Source of the DNA: Verrucomicrobiota bacterium
Lineage (GTDB): Bacteria > Verrucomicrobiota > Verrucomicrobiia > Opitutales > Cerasicoccaceae
Reading direction: 5' to 3'
NCBI GenBank assembly: GCA_039818205.1
Contig: JBCBUK010000013.1
Location: forward strand, 57,404-121,403
DNA: 64,000 nt
The notes below the pieces were generated by a model. It saw only the letters and a program-made list of their open reading frames with translations. It was not told the origin of the DNA and did not search any database. The first letter of the stretch is position 1, and the number at the start of each line of letters is the position of its first letter. Position numbers and translations under genes: made by a program. Below, piece after piece: positions 41,724 through 52,054 of this stretch.

Positions 41724-42599
41724 TCAGCCTTTTCGCTGTTTCAGTTTCTCCGCGTGACTATCGAGGAGATTTCGTTCCTCTTGGGTCAAGGTGTGGATGC
41801 CTTTTTCTGAGACTTGGTCGAGTAGCTCGTCAACCCGGCGTTGTTTGGCGCGGGACGACATCTTATCTGGATTCAGCTGCTGCTTTTTTCGAGAGGAGCT
41901 TGGCCGCTTGAACGGGAGCGGGTTGGAAGATGCTCGTGCCCGAAACAGTTTGCGCCAGTTGACGTGTTGGCCGCGCAGCACATAGAAGTAGAGAATTCCC
42001 GTAAGCGCGAAGAGGCCGATGAACAGCTCGATTCGGCTAACAGCCGCCCGGGGGTAGAAAATTAGAACGGCTAGCATGGCCGTAAGCGCACCGCCGAGGT
42101 GGGCATCATGGCCAATGCGGGAATTCTTTGACCGCATTCCCCAGACGGTTATCCCGATGAAAATGCAGGCAAAAACGTAGTCGGGAATAAAGATGGGGAT
42201 AAAAATCAGCCCGATTGAGTTTCCGGGAGTCAGGAACACCGAGGCGAAGATCACGCCACAGACGCCACCCGAGGCGCCAACCGCGCGATATTCGGCCTCG
42301 TAGCGGTGGACAAACAGCGAGAGCAGCGAACCACCCAGGACACTCACGAAGTAGATCATGGCGACGGTGGTTGGTCCGTAGACCTTCTCCAATAGATCGC
42401 TGAACAGGTAGAGCGAATACATGTTGAAGAGCAGGTGCATCCAGTCTCCATGGACAAATGCGCTACTGATGAGTCGGTAGTACTCACGCTTGCCGAGAAT
42501 GCGCCCAACGTGAAACAACATGCGCTCCATCTGTGAGCGCTGTTGGAAGGCGACGATTGAGATCGCGCTAGTCAAAACTATCAGTCCGATGACAAACAT
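41724..42599 (-). CDS. Rhomboid intramembrane serine protease with soluble C-terminal tail
   Basis: H.DWMHLLFNM, GASGG, HDAHLGGA; tail VDELLDQVSEKGIHTLT.EER. Confidence 0.9.
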   Translation of the reverse strand: MFVIGLIVLTSAISIVAFQQRSQMERMLFHVGRILGKREYYRLISSAFVHGDWMHLLFNMYSLYLFSDLLEKVYGPTTVAMIYFVSVLGGSLLSLFVHRYEAEYRAVGASGGVCGVIFASVFLTPGNSIGLIFIPIFIPDYVFACIFIGITVWGMRSKNSRIGHDAHLGGALTAMLAVLIFYPRAAVSRIELFIGLFALTGILYFYVLRGQHVNWRKLFRARASSNPLPFKRPSSSRKKQQLNPDKMSSRAKQRRVDELLDQVSEKGIHTLTQEERNLLDSHAEKLKQRKG

Positions 42600-42739
42600 G
42601 GCGTATTTCGCAAATTGAGGCTTTCTGGTGGAGTGGGCTTGGCAAGCTCAATCCCGTGCGCTCGTGTTAAATCTACAAAACGAAAGCCCGTCGAAAAACC
42701 GACGGGCCGAATAACAGGTTATGGAAGGATTGCGCAGGG

Positions 42740-43114
42740 CTATGCCACCTCAACTTTTGGTAGTTCGGCGGGAATTTCCACGCCATGGGTGTTTTTGCGC
42801 TTCACTTTGTAGAGTCGCGAGCGGCGCCTTAGTTTCCGATCCAGTTTGTGAATCATCTTATCAATTGATTTGTAGAGATCCTCACTGGAGGCGGAAACGA
42901 CCATTGGTGGTCCATTGATTTCTATGTGTCCTTTCGCAATGAATTCATCCTGGTTGCCCTTATGACTGTTTGTCTCGAGCTCCACTCGAAGTCGGATAAT
43001 GCGGTCTTCATGATTGAACAGTTTCTCCGCCTTTTCCCGAACAATGTTCTTAATCGAGTCGGTCAGGTCGAGGTGGACACCGCTAATAATGACTTCTTTG
43101 GTATTCATTGGCAT
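42740..43114 (-). CDS. hpf: Ribosome hibernation promoting factor (HPF/RaiA)
   Basis: ISG.HLDLTDSIK..V.EK..KL, DLYKSID....KLDRKLRR. Confidence 0.88.
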   Translation of the reverse strand: MPMNTKEVIISGVHLDLTDSIKNIVREKAEKLFNHEDRIIRLRVELETNSHKGNQDEFIAKGHIEINGPPMVVSASSEDLYKSIDKMIHKLDRKLRRRSRLYKVKRKNTHGVEIPAELPKVEVA

Positions 43115-43199
43115 TTTCCGTTTGTGGTTCAGTAGTTTTCACTCCAATACATTGGAGCACATTATTATAAGATCACGCTCAGAACAGAAAGTTCCATGC

Positions 43200-44012
43200 A
43201 TGAACAACGATAGCTTATCCCGTGCCGTACATAAATATACCGCCGTCATAGTGACAGGCGGTTCATCTGGAATTGGACGCGGTTTCATCGCTGAGTTCAA
43301 CAAATTAAACGCCTCCGCAAAGATATGCAACCTTTCTCGGTCAGAACCGGAAATTGATTTGCCGGAAGGGGCGCTAACCCACATTCCATGCGACTTGGCG
43401 GACGCCGGCCAATTGGTTGAGGCCGCCGAGAAAGTGAAGGCCTGGCTCGCCGAGAATGGAGGTGAAGGACCCGTTCTTCTCCTAAATAACAGTGGGGTAG
43501 GAGCTTATGGATTAAGTCCAAATATCGAGACCGAGAAGCTGCTCACGGTTATCGATTTGAACGTTCGCGCGGTGGTGCATTTGACCCATCTGTTGTTGCC
43601 AGATATCGTCAAACGGGGGGGCACGATTATGACAATCGCCTCGACCGCCGCCTTCCAGCCGACCCCGGTTTTGTCTGTTTACGGCGCCACTAAGTCGTTT
43701 GTTTTCAACTGGAGCCTGGCGCTCGGCAACGATTTGAAGGATACGGACGTCAATACAACCGTGATCTGCCCGGGGCCGACGGATACGAATTTCTTCTCCG
43801 CCGCCGGATTTTCGGGTAAACCGCCGGGAATGGTCAGTATTGATCAGGTGATCGATACCTGCATGAGTGCGATAGAAACCAAGAAGAAGCACGCTATCTG
43901 TGGCTTTGCCAACAACTTAATGTGTTTCTTCTCACAGCACCTTCCCCGGGTTTTCCTGACCAATGAGGCGGGCAAACTGATGCGGAAAATTCGCAATCCT
44001 GATCAAAAATAG
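43200..44012 (+). CDS. Short-chain dehydrogenase/reductase
   Basis: VTGGSSGIG, LNNSG, IASTAAF, YGATK, CPGPTDTNF. Confidence 0.9.
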   Translation: MNNDSLSRAVHKYTAVIVTGGSSGIGRGFIAEFNKLNASAKICNLSRSEPEIDLPEGALTHIPCDLADAGQLVEAAEKVKAWLAENGGEGPVLLLNNSGVGAYGLSPNIETEKLLTVIDLNVRAVVHLTHLLLPDIVKRGGTIMTIASTAAFQPTPVLSVYGATKSFVFNWSLALGNDLKDTDVNTTVICPGPTDTNFFSAAGFSGKPPGMVSIDQVIDTCMSAIETKKKHAICGFANNLMCFFSQHLPRVFLTNEAGKLMRKIRNPDQK

Positions 44013-44018
44013 GCGCGA

Positions 44019-44441
44019 TTGATGCCGGTTTTTACGAAAACCCTGACGCTGCGGACCTCCGGGCGTAAAACTTATGAGTTTACGTCGGAGATCGCGGCTG
44101 CGTTGCGTGAAAGTAGCCTCTCTGAGGGCACGGTGACTGTTTTTTGCCAGCACACGAGCTGCAGTTTGGTGATTATGGAGAACGCAGATCCATCGGCGCG
44201 GCGGGATCTACATTATTTTATGGATAAGCTCGTGCCGGAAGATGACCCTAACTACACGCATACGATGGAGGGGCCAGACGACATGACGAGTCATATCAAG
44301 ATGGCGCTCACCCGGACAGCTGAGGTCGTTCCGTTTGTTGACGGCCGGCTTTGTCTGGGCACCTGGCAGGGCGTTTTCTTATGGGAGCATCGTGATGCGC
44401 CCCATACCCGCCGGATCGTCTTGTCCTTTAACGGGGAGTAG
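44019..44441 (+). CDS. yjbQ: YjbQ/UPF0047 family protein
   Basis: HTSCSL...ENADP, H..EGPDDM..HIK, LGTWQG.FL.EHR. Confidence 0.88.
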   Translation: MMPVFTKTLTLRTSGRKTYEFTSEIAAALRESSLSEGTVTVFCQHTSCSLVIMENADPSARRDLHYFMDKLVPEDDPNYTHTMEGPDDMTSHIKMALTRTAEVVPFVDGRLCLGTWQGVFLWEHRDAPHTRRIVLSFNGE

Positions 44442-44510
44442 GTGGGGCGCCCCGCGAAATCAATGTTCCGCTGTGTGGATTTATTCAGAAAGTTACCGCT
44501 CTGGAGCTTC

Positions 44511-44879
44511 ATGATGAAGGTAAGCCCAAGAGTTTTTCTTCTCGTTATCCTTTCGATTGGTATGCTGTTGGTTTGGGACAGCGGATTCCTGCAGCGGAAG
44601 TTCGACAAGCGCTCAATCGTATACGATGGGATTGCTGGTGGAGACTATTACGTTATTGGAGTTGATGGCCAGCCGGTAGAGCGAGTTGAACATGGCCTGG
44701 TTTTCACCAAGGTGCCTATGGTTTTGATCGAGCCGGGTGTTCGTCGATTACGATTGTCCTACAGTCTTCTTTCAAAGGATCCCTCAGAATTTATCGAGAT
44801 CGACGTATCAATTAGGGAAGGGGCTATCTATATGATCTCAGAGACGGGAAAAGGGCCCGAACTTGTCGTGAAAGATTGA
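44511..44879 (+). CDS. Hypothetical membrane-anchored protein
   Basis: N-terminal hydrophobic segment; start uncertain. Confidence 0.5.
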   Translation: MMKVSPRVFLLVILSIGMLLVWDSGFLQRKFDKRSIVYDGIAGGDYYVIGVDGQPVERVEHGLVFTKVPMVLIEPGVRRLRLSYSLLSKDPSEFIEIDVSIREGAIYMISETGKGPELVVKD

Positions 44880-44995
44880 ATTTCAAGTTTAGCTGAAGCG
44901 AACGAATCGTCTGTTTTTATAGCGAAATCACGTCCGAGTGGCTTAAGTGAGGAAAGAACTGGAACCAATGGCTGGTTGAGGTAAGTTAGCGAATT

Positions 44996-46672
44996 ATGCC
45001 ATCAGACGCACTCAAATCGACCCTGCCGGCGTGGCGCATTTGGGTTGCCACGGTTGTGTGGCTCCTGAGCTGGCCGCTCGGATGGTTCGTGGGAGGCGAG
45101 ACGGGGGCGATCATTCCTGCTCTTTGGCCGAGTATCGTGGCTTTGGGCGTGGTGTTTTTAACGCGAAAGGCATTGCTCGGCTTGCTCGCGGGAGCTGCTG
45201 GTGGGGCGATTGTTCTGACGGACGGAGATCCCTGGCAGGCATTTTTGGCGCTAACCGGTGAGCATTTCGCTCCTCACTTTTCGAGCGAGTGGAAAATGAG
45301 TGCGGTGGCTTTCACGCTGTTGCTGGGCGGGTTTGCCTCGGTGCTTGAGCGCAGTGGCGGACTCGAATATTTTCTGAGACGCTATTTACTGCGCGGAGGC
45401 GAGAATCCGAAGCGTTTGCAGGGAAGTTCAGCATTGCTCGGTTTGGTCTGTTTCTTTGATGGTCTCGCCAATGCCATTTTGGTTGGCCGCCTGGTGACGC
45501 CGATGGCGGACAAGCATGGCGTATCTCGCGTAAAGCTGGCCTATATCGCTGACTCGACGAGCTCCGCGGTGGCTTGCGTGGCCTTCCTGTCGACCTGGAT
45601 TGCCTACCAGCTCTCGATGATCGCCGAGGGATTTGACCAGATTGGGCAGCAGGTGAACCCTTACGCTTGGTTCCTTCAATCGCTCCCATACAACTACTAC
45701 TGTTGGTTTACTCTACTGCTTGTTGGTTTGGTGATTTTTCGGAATTTCAACCCAGGGCCGATGGGACGCTTCGAGCGCGAGGCCCGTGAGCGTGTCGCGG
45801 GCGGCAATTCAGCCGAGTTGCCCGCGGATCGGTCGACACGCGGCGGTCTGTGGCTTTGTGCCATTGGCCTAGCCACGCTCTTCTTTTCCCTGCTGATTGG
45901 GCTGTACTATTTCGGTCTGAAGGAAATCGATGGTGCACCCTCTTTCTTCCCGATTACCACCGAGAAGCTGACCGAAGCCTTTGGCAGCAATGCCGGTGCC
46001 TTCGTCCTGGCCTTTGGTGGAAGCTTGGCATCGGTTGTCGTCTTGGCGCTGTTTCCGCTGAGTGGTGGAAACTATCGGGATGGCGGTCGCGCTTACAGTG
46101 TCGGCGTGAAAAACCTCCTTGGGCCGGTTTTGATTTTGGTCGGTGCCTGGATGTTGAGCTCAACCTTGTCAGCACTTGGTACCGGAAAATTGCTGGGAAC
46201 CCTAGTCGGAGAGTGGGCCCCGCTGGGATTGCTTCCGTTGTTGATTTTCGCGCTGGGTGCACTGATTTCATTTTCCACGGGGACATCGTGGGGAACCATG
46301 GGCATCCTCATGCCCTTGGCGATTCCGCTTATTGCGAACCACCCAGGAGCATCGGGAGTAGAGCTTGCGCCGTTCTATGCCGCAGCGGTCGGCGGCGTCT
46401 TCAGCGGTGCCGTTTTTGGCGACCATTGTTCACCGATCAGCGACACCACCCTGGTGAGTTCGATTGCGTGTGACGTTCCCCCGATTGATCACGTGCGAAC
46501 GCAGTTGCCGTTTGCGTTGATTGCGGCATCGGTGGCGGCTTTAGTGGGTTTTCTGCCCGTTGGGTTTGGGATGCCGGCCCCTGTTGGCTTGGTGGTGGGC
46601 GCACTGGTGTTGGTTGCAGTCACTTTTCTGCTGAAACCGAAGGATTCTGGCCCGATGGGCATTGGGAATTAG
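44996..46672 (+). CDS. Na+/H+ antiporter NhaC family protein
   Basis: FFDGLAN, KLAYIADSTS, FSTGTSWGTMGI, GAVFGDHCSPISDTT, HVRTQLP. Confidence 0.9.
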   Translation: MPSDALKSTLPAWRIWVATVVWLLSWPLGWFVGGETGAIIPALWPSIVALGVVFLTRKALLGLLAGAAGGAIVLTDGDPWQAFLALTGEHFAPHFSSEWKMSAVAFTLLLGGFASVLERSGGLEYFLRRYLLRGGENPKRLQGSSALLGLVCFFDGLANAILVGRLVTPMADKHGVSRVKLAYIADSTSSAVACVAFLSTWIAYQLSMIAEGFDQIGQQVNPYAWFLQSLPYNYYCWFTLLLVGLVIFRNFNPGPMGRFEREARERVAGGNSAELPADRSTRGGLWLCAIGLATLFFSLLIGLYYFGLKEIDGAPSFFPITTEKLTEAFGSNAGAFVLAFGGSLASVVVLALFPLSGGNYRDGGRAYSVGVKNLLGPVLILVGAWMLSSTLSALGTGKLLGTLVGEWAPLGLLPLLIFALGALISFSTGTSWGTMGILMPLAIPLIANHPGASGVELAPFYAAAVGGVFSGAVFGDHCSPISDTTLVSSIACDVPPIDHVRTQLPFALIAASVAALVGFLPVGFGMPAPVGLVVGALVLVAVTFLLKPKDSGPMGIGN

Positions 46673-46730
46673 CCTTGGTATTATTTTGGTTAATTTAATG
46701 GCTTTCGCTTGATAAGGTGGCCTGGTTAGT

Positions 46731-48497
46731 GTGGGCTTTATAACCGCTCAGGTGCTTGTCCCTTTTCGTTTTTCCCGCTGCAATCGCATTGCATTAATTA
46801 AAATACTAGCTAGTTTCAAACGCGTGTTTCACTACTGGCTTCGTTGGGCGTTTCTTGTATTCGGCTTGTTTCTCGCTGGGTGTCCATCCTCGGAAAATAC
46901 TCCGTCGTTTGGAGGAGAGCGTGCAAGGCGGGGGGAGCCAGTGCCAGCTGCGTTTGACCAGTTTGAGCGCGAGGTGGAGGCGGGTATCGGAGACCGCACG
47001 AGTGATCCATTGCCGTCATTTAAGGAGCGATTGGCGACGCTTCCAGCGGCGCTGCGCGAGCCAGAGTTGAAAAGGGCTTCATCTGTTTTAGAGTCCCTTA
47101 GTCGCTCAACCTCGACGTCAGATATTGCCGAGTCTCTTCTGATTCTTGAGTACTCGGACTTTGATTTGCCGGACGCCCAGCGTCAGCTTGCCCGTGAAAT
47201 TCTCGTGGAGGAGCAGCAGTCGATCCTGGCTGAGCTAGAGTCCGAACCGGAACTGGATTTAGTGGCTCAACAGCAGCTGTTTTCGGAGCTGCTGTTGATA
47301 TCCATTGCGTTGGGGAAGGAGGAGCAAACTGAGAGCTATGAGATTGCCGTGGCTGGCCTGTACGGGGTTCTAAATGAAACGGGTCGGTTCGGTTCGCAAA
47401 CTGGCGGATTCCTGGAGTCAAGTTCAGCTTCGCAGCGATTGATGGGTTCTGCCCTTTGGGCGGCGAGTTTTGGTGATAGCCGACTCCGAGCGCATCCTTA
47501 TTTTGCGTTCGCGCCTTATTGGTTCATGCACCATCTGCAGCCCGGAGATTTTAGCTATCCTAGCCATGGAGTAGGGCGAGTGTCCGAGGCTGAAATGCGC
47601 CGTTTGATTGCCAAGGAACTCTTGGGATTATCCATGCTCCAAGTGTCGGAGGACATCAGATGGTGGCTGGAGAACTTTGCACCAAATGACGCTGATCTGC
47701 TGCGTCCTGAACTCTATGTTGAGTTGGCAGGCCTTGATTTGCCAGAAGACTTCGAGCCTCCGGCACCCTATGGAATCTATCCGGATGCAGCTCTGGTTTT
47801 TTGGCGATCGAGTTGGGATTTTGAGGCCGATGGCCTGGTCGCCATCGGCGCACTGATTGACGAAGAAGGTACCGCGAAAGAAGCTGGCCATATTAGCTGG
47901 TTGCAGGATGGTAAGCCGGTTCTGGTTGAGGTGGCGGACACGAATGAGGTAATCGACTCCGAAGGAAACACGGTCGTTATTCCAGCACATAATGTCGTTC
48001 GAGTGGGCGATGGTGTGCCGCGCGAGCGCAAGGCGCCGATCATAACCCGTGAATTGACCACCGAGGGGGGGAATCTCCGTATCGACTGCTCGGGAATCTT
48101 TGCGGAGCTGGGGCAGTGGCATCGTGACCTGTTTTGGACGACTGGCGGCGAGTTGCGTATCATCGATAATATCGCTTATTCACTGGGCGTGCGTGACCGC
48201 ACCGAAATGTTTTGGCACCTCGGCGCGACAGAGCCGGTTGAGATCACCGAGGACGAATCACGAACGATTATTGAATGGGGCAGTGCCGCTGTGGTTATTC
48301 AGAGTAACGTGCCCATGGAGCTGCGGCAGTTTATGGTCCCCTCGGGAGTTGAAGTTGACGGAGAACAGCAAATGGAAGTGGTCATTGCGATGCGGACCAT
48401 TGGGCGCCCACCCTCGTTTCGTGTCCTTACCCGGGTGCTGCATCGCGAGCTCGGCGCTGAGGCGGAGATCCTGGACGATGTGTCGCAGGTGCAGTAG
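46731..48497 (+). CDS. Putative lipoprotein, heparinase II/III-like architecture
   Basis: LAGC lipobox; helical N-region then WRSSW...GHI.W...AHNV..V beta-sandwich pattern; start uncertain. Confidence 0.55.
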   Translation: MGFITAQVLVPFRFSRCNRIALIKILASFKRVFHYWLRWAFLVFGLFLAGCPSSENTPSFGGERARRGEPVPAAFDQFEREVEAGIGDRTSDPLPSFKERLATLPAALREPELKRASSVLESLSRSTSTSDIAESLLILEYSDFDLPDAQRQLAREILVEEQQSILAELESEPELDLVAQQQLFSELLLISIALGKEEQTESYEIAVAGLYGVLNETGRFGSQTGGFLESSSASQRLMGSALWAASFGDSRLRAHPYFAFAPYWFMHHLQPGDFSYPSHGVGRVSEAEMRRLIAKELLGLSMLQVSEDIRWWLENFAPNDADLLRPELYVELAGLDLPEDFEPPAPYGIYPDAALVFWRSSWDFEADGLVAIGALIDEEGTAKEAGHISWLQDGKPVLVEVADTNEVIDSEGNTVVIPAHNVVRVGDGVPRERKAPIITRELTTEGGNLRIDCSGIFAELGQWHRDLFWTTGGELRIIDNIAYSLGVRDRTEMFWHLGATEPVEITEDESRTIIEWGSAAVVIQSNVPMELRQFMVPSGVEVDGEQQMEVVIAMRTIGRPPSFRVLTRVLHRELGAEAEILDDVSQVQ

Positions 48498-48539
48498 TTT
48501 GGCCTTCTGCTCGTTTTCTATATCGGAATCGTTGTCGAT

Positions 48540-49295
48540 CTAGCTCGACCCATTGATTGATTCGGCTGCCTCTTCGATCGGGACGTTCGGCGCTTCTAAG
48601 ATGCTTGTCCATTGAGTAGTCGGTGCCGCCCAGTTTACCGCGTTAAATATAACCCGTTGGACGTTAGGGTTGTGGTAGATCGGGTAGGTTTCGTGGCCTG
48701 GGCGGAAATAGAATATCTTTCCGTTCCCTCGCCGATAGCAGTTTCCGGATCGGAAAACTTCGCCACCTTCGAACCAGGAAATGAAGACCTGCTCCTCGGG
48801 CTCCGGTACCGCAAACGGTTCGCCGTACATCTCTGTTTGCGGGAGCTCAAAATACGGACCAAGCCCTTGGGCGATTGGATGCCCTGGATTGGTAATCCAA
48901 ACGCGCTCCTTTTCGCCCGCTTCACGCCACTTAAGCGAACAGCTCGTTCCCATTAGTCGTTTGAAAGGCTTTGCATAGTGACTACTGTGCAAGGCGATAA
49001 AACCCATGCCTTGGAGAACTCGTCCGTGCACACGCTCGACGATGTCGTCAGGCACCTGATCGTGCGCACTGTGCCCCCACCATATCAACACATCGGTTGT
49101 TGCAAGGCGGTCCGTTGTGAGCCCATTTTCTGGATCTTGAAGCGTCGCGGTTTGAATTTCGAAGCGCTCGGAATCGGTAGCGCTTAAACCATCAGCGATC
49201 GCCGAGTGAATTCCTTCGGGATAGATGGCTTTAACGACTTCATTCGACTGTTCGTGAATGAATTCATTCCAGATTGTGACTCGAATCTTGTTCAT
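48540..49295 (-). CDS. thuA: ThuA-family (trehalose utilisation) protein
   Basis: [52 protein letters not shown]. Confidence 0.9.
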   Translation of the reverse strand: MNKIRVTIWNEFIHEQSNEVVKAIYPEGIHSAIADGLSATDSERFEIQTATLQDPENGLTTDRLATTDVLIWWGHSAHDQVPDDIVERVHGRVLQGMGFIALHSSHYAKPFKRLMGTSCSLKWREAGEKERVWITNPGHPIAQGLGPYFELPQTEMYGEPFAVPEPEEQVFISWFEGGEVFRSGNCYRRGNGKIFYFRPGHETYPIYHNPNVQRVIFNAVNWAAPTTQWTSILEAPNVPIEEAAESINGSS

Positions 49296-49420
49296 TGGGG
49301 TCTAAGCAAAGCCAATTTATCGGCAAAAATGAAACTTAAAGCCTCAAGTTTTTCCGCTTAGTTGAACTGCAATGTTTCATTGACAAGCACGATCGAATGC
49401 CGTTGTTTCCTCTCCTTTGG

Positions 49421-49498
49421 CGGGCTGTAGCGCAGTCTGGTTAGCGCACTACACTGGGGGTGTAGGGGTCGGAGGTTCGAATCCTCTCAGCCCGACCA
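49421..49498 (+). tRNA. tRNA-Pro (anticodon GGG), probable prophage attachment site
   Basis: Acceptor stem cgggctg/cagcccg + ACCA, anticodon arm ctaca-ctGGGgg-tgtag, T-loop ggttcgaatcc; TTGACA at 49380. Confidence 0.95.
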
Positions 49499-49504
49499 AC
49501 TTAC

Positions 49505-49535
49505 TAAGGCATTGTTTCTTGCAATGCCTTTATTT
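49505..49535 (+). terminator. Hairpin/terminator after the tRNA
   Basis: taaggcattg-tttcttg-caatgccttta followed by ttt. Confidence 0.6.
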
Positions 49536-49650
49536 ATGCCCAAGTCCAAGTGTTTATGCGGGTTTCGGGGTGATTTCGACCCCGTATCGATGGATAGGTA
49601 TGGATATAAAGATGTTGACGGTGGAGATAATTGTGTAACCATTTGTTACC

Positions 49651-50796
49651 ATGTTCGGGCAGGATGGTAACGAAATTGACCCCACCAAGATAGAAGGCAG
49701 GCCGTATCTGTTCGAGAGAAAAGACCGGAAGAAGGGTAAATTCTGTGTTCGGTTCAAGCTCCAGGGTGGCAAGTTGGCTACGCGATCGTTTTCAACGGAA
49801 TATGAGCGAAGCGAGTTCATGCGGGAGCATCGGCTTGGCGCGATCGATGGCTCATTCAATGCCGCCGATTGGCAGCGCTGGCTAAATATCAAAACCACTT
49901 GCGAGCGTCACGGCATGAGTCCAGAGCGATTGCTTGCCTATGCCGTTGAGGCAGAAGCGAAATCTCGGTTTACTTCCAAGAGTCTTTTTGAGGTCTATCA
50001 GGAATTCTACGATGCCAAGTCCGACAAGTCGAAAGACTACGTTTCGCACATCAGAAGTGCCCTAGGTGATAACCTGGTCCCGTGCTTGGGGGGCGATCGC
50101 CAAATTGACACTATCACCCGCGATGACCTACAGGGCTGGCTAGATGATTCTAAGGTAGGCCCTGTGACTCGACAGAACCGACGAGGCTATCTCAGGACTT
50201 TGTTTAGTTGGGCAAAGGAAAGGGGATACATTCTAGTCTCTCCAGCTGATGGCCTGAACGTTCCAGAGTCCAAGAGTAAGACGCCAGGCATATTGACGCC
50301 TGATCAAATGGAGAAGCTGATCCGGGCCAATGAGCATTTACCCGAGGTTTGCGCATACTTGGCACTTGGTGCTTTCGCCGGGTTGCGGTCAACCAGTGTT
50401 GAAAGACTGGAGCCGCATGAAATCCGCATCAAGGAACGCCAGCTCTTTTTCCCTGCCGAGAAGTTCAAAACGGGTCGCTCTCACCTTATCGAGCATGCGC
50501 CCGAGAATCTTTGGCCCTGGCTGGTGCGGGCGAACCTAAAGCAGGCGTTCCCCGTTCCCCACCGTCGATTTCTGGATATTCGATCAAGGGCAAATAAGCG
50601 AGCTGAGCTTGTGCCGCCTCACAACGCCTTGCGGCACTCATTTGCAACTTACAAATGTGCGCTCGATGGGAGCGCAGAAAAGGCGAGTTACATTTTAGGT
50701 CACACCAATCCAGCCGAGATCTGGCAGAGTTACAAGGGAATCGGGACTCGGGCCGATGCCGAAAAGTTCTTCTCGATATTACCCAGCTCGCAATAA
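49651..50796 (+). CDS. Tyrosine recombinase / phage integrase
   Basis: Catalytic R (AGLRS), K (FKTG), HNALRHSFATY (HxxR), GH, Y (WQSY); SAM-like core-binding domain. Confidence 0.92.
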   Translation: MFGQDGNEIDPTKIEGRPYLFERKDRKKGKFCVRFKLQGGKLATRSFSTEYERSEFMREHRLGAIDGSFNAADWQRWLNIKTTCERHGMSPERLLAYAVEAEAKSRFTSKSLFEVYQEFYDAKSDKSKDYVSHIRSALGDNLVPCLGGDRQIDTITRDDLQGWLDDSKVGPVTRQNRRGYLRTLFSWAKERGYILVSPADGLNVPESKSKTPGILTPDQMEKLIRANEHLPEVCAYLALGAFAGLRSTSVERLEPHEIRIKERQLFFPAEKFKTGRSHLIEHAPENLWPWLVRANLKQAFPVPHRRFLDIRSRANKRAELVPPHNALRHSFATYKCALDGSAEKASYILGHTNPAEIWQSYKGIGTRADAEKFFSILPSSQ

Positions 50797-50869
50797 CCCC
50801 TCATATTTGAGGGGTGGGGATACTTGCTAAAATATTGTCAACGGTTCTAGTAGCGTCTTAAGGGGAACA

Positions 50870-51871
50870 GTGAAAATTTTTGCTACAATCTGTCTATTTC
50901 TCACTTGGGCGCACATTCAGGCGGATCCAATCCGCATCGTGTTGGTGGGTGACTCGTTGCTATCCGCATCGGTGCATCATGAGGCAACCGGCAAATATGG
51001 ATGGGGTGAGTTTTTCGGCGATTTCTTTTCAGAAGAGGTTGAAGTCATAAACCGCGGCAAAGGTGGGCAGAGCACAAAGAGCTTTATTGAGGCTGGTTTT
51101 TGGGAGCAGGCCCTAGCGTTTCAAGGTGATTACTACTTTATTGAATTCGGCCACAACGACCAAAAGGAAGGATTCGATTTTCTATTCACAGAACCGGAGG
51201 GCGAATACTCCGAGAACTTGCGCAAGTTCGTTTTTGAAATTCTTTTGCAGGGTGGTAAGCCGATCTTTGTCACGCCACTTACCCGCCGAATCTTTATCAC
51301 TGAGGATTCCGTAAACGCGAATTTGCTGCCATACGTTCAGGCAATGAAGCAGGTCGCCGAAGACTGGAGCGTCCCGGTCATTGATATGTATTCGGTTTCT
51401 AAAGGACTTTATGAGGCTATTGGCGAGGAGCAGTCGCGTTTCTATGCGCCTTTCAACGAGAAAGACAAAACGCACTTTGGTTTGAATGGCTCGATATGGT
51501 GCGCTCGGTGGATATCTAGCGAAGTCCTTTGGTCTGATCACCCGACCTTTTCGGAGTTGAAGGAATTTGTTAGCTTCGAGATTCCAAATCAGGTTTTCGA
51601 CGTTCCCGCGTCGTTGCTCCAAATGCAGGTGTCACCTAGTTGTTGTAGTTGGAAACCACTTGGCGAGCCATTCTACCATCCTGGAGGGGCTTTACGCGTT
51701 CCTGTGTGGTTCGAGCATTCTGATACGGCGTTCACTCGGGTTGTCTACGCTACGCCGGAACCGATCGCAGCGACAACATTGACCGAGGAATCAATCGATA
51801 GCTCATCAATGCTTGGCGGAACAAGCGTCGATCGCCTTCGGTGGTTCTGGCTGTGGTTGGCTTTCTACTAA
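50870..51871 (+). CDS. SGNH/GDSL esterase, rhamnogalacturonan-acetylesterase-like, secreted (prophage cargo)
   Basis: Signal peptide; LVGDS, GWGE, N.GKGGQSTKSF, EFGHND, DKTH (blocks I, II, III, V). Confidence 0.88.
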   Translation: MKIFATICLFLTWAHIQADPIRIVLVGDSLLSASVHHEATGKYGWGEFFGDFFSEEVEVINRGKGGQSTKSFIEAGFWEQALAFQGDYYFIEFGHNDQKEGFDFLFTEPEGEYSENLRKFVFEILLQGGKPIFVTPLTRRIFITEDSVNANLLPYVQAMKQVAEDWSVPVIDMYSVSKGLYEAIGEEQSRFYAPFNEKDKTHFGLNGSIWCARWISSEVLWSDHPTFSELKEFVSFEIPNQVFDVPASLLQMQVSPSCCSWKPLGEPFYHPGGALRVPVWFEHSDTAFTRVVYATPEPIAATTLTEESIDSSSMLGGTSVDRLRWFWLWLAFY

Positions 51872-51874
51872 ATC

Positions 51875-51900
51875 AAAACCCCCGGCCCGAAGGCCGAGGG
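51875..51900 (-). terminator. Terminator-like hairpin with U-tail on the minus strand
   Basis: aaaacccccggcc-cgaa-ggccgaggg; minus strand reads ccctcggcc-ttcg-ggccggggg-tttt. Confidence 0.6.
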
Positions 51901-52054
51901 TGAAGCAATGTTAAGGCACGCCGTCCCCAAACGACGTGTGGAGACAGTAGCTTACGGGTAATCACGGTGCAATGATAACGTCCCCTCAAATTGGCTGGCT
52001 TTTTCTCGGAATTGATTCGTGAAATAATCGCGAGATTCGCGCATCATTACCAGG

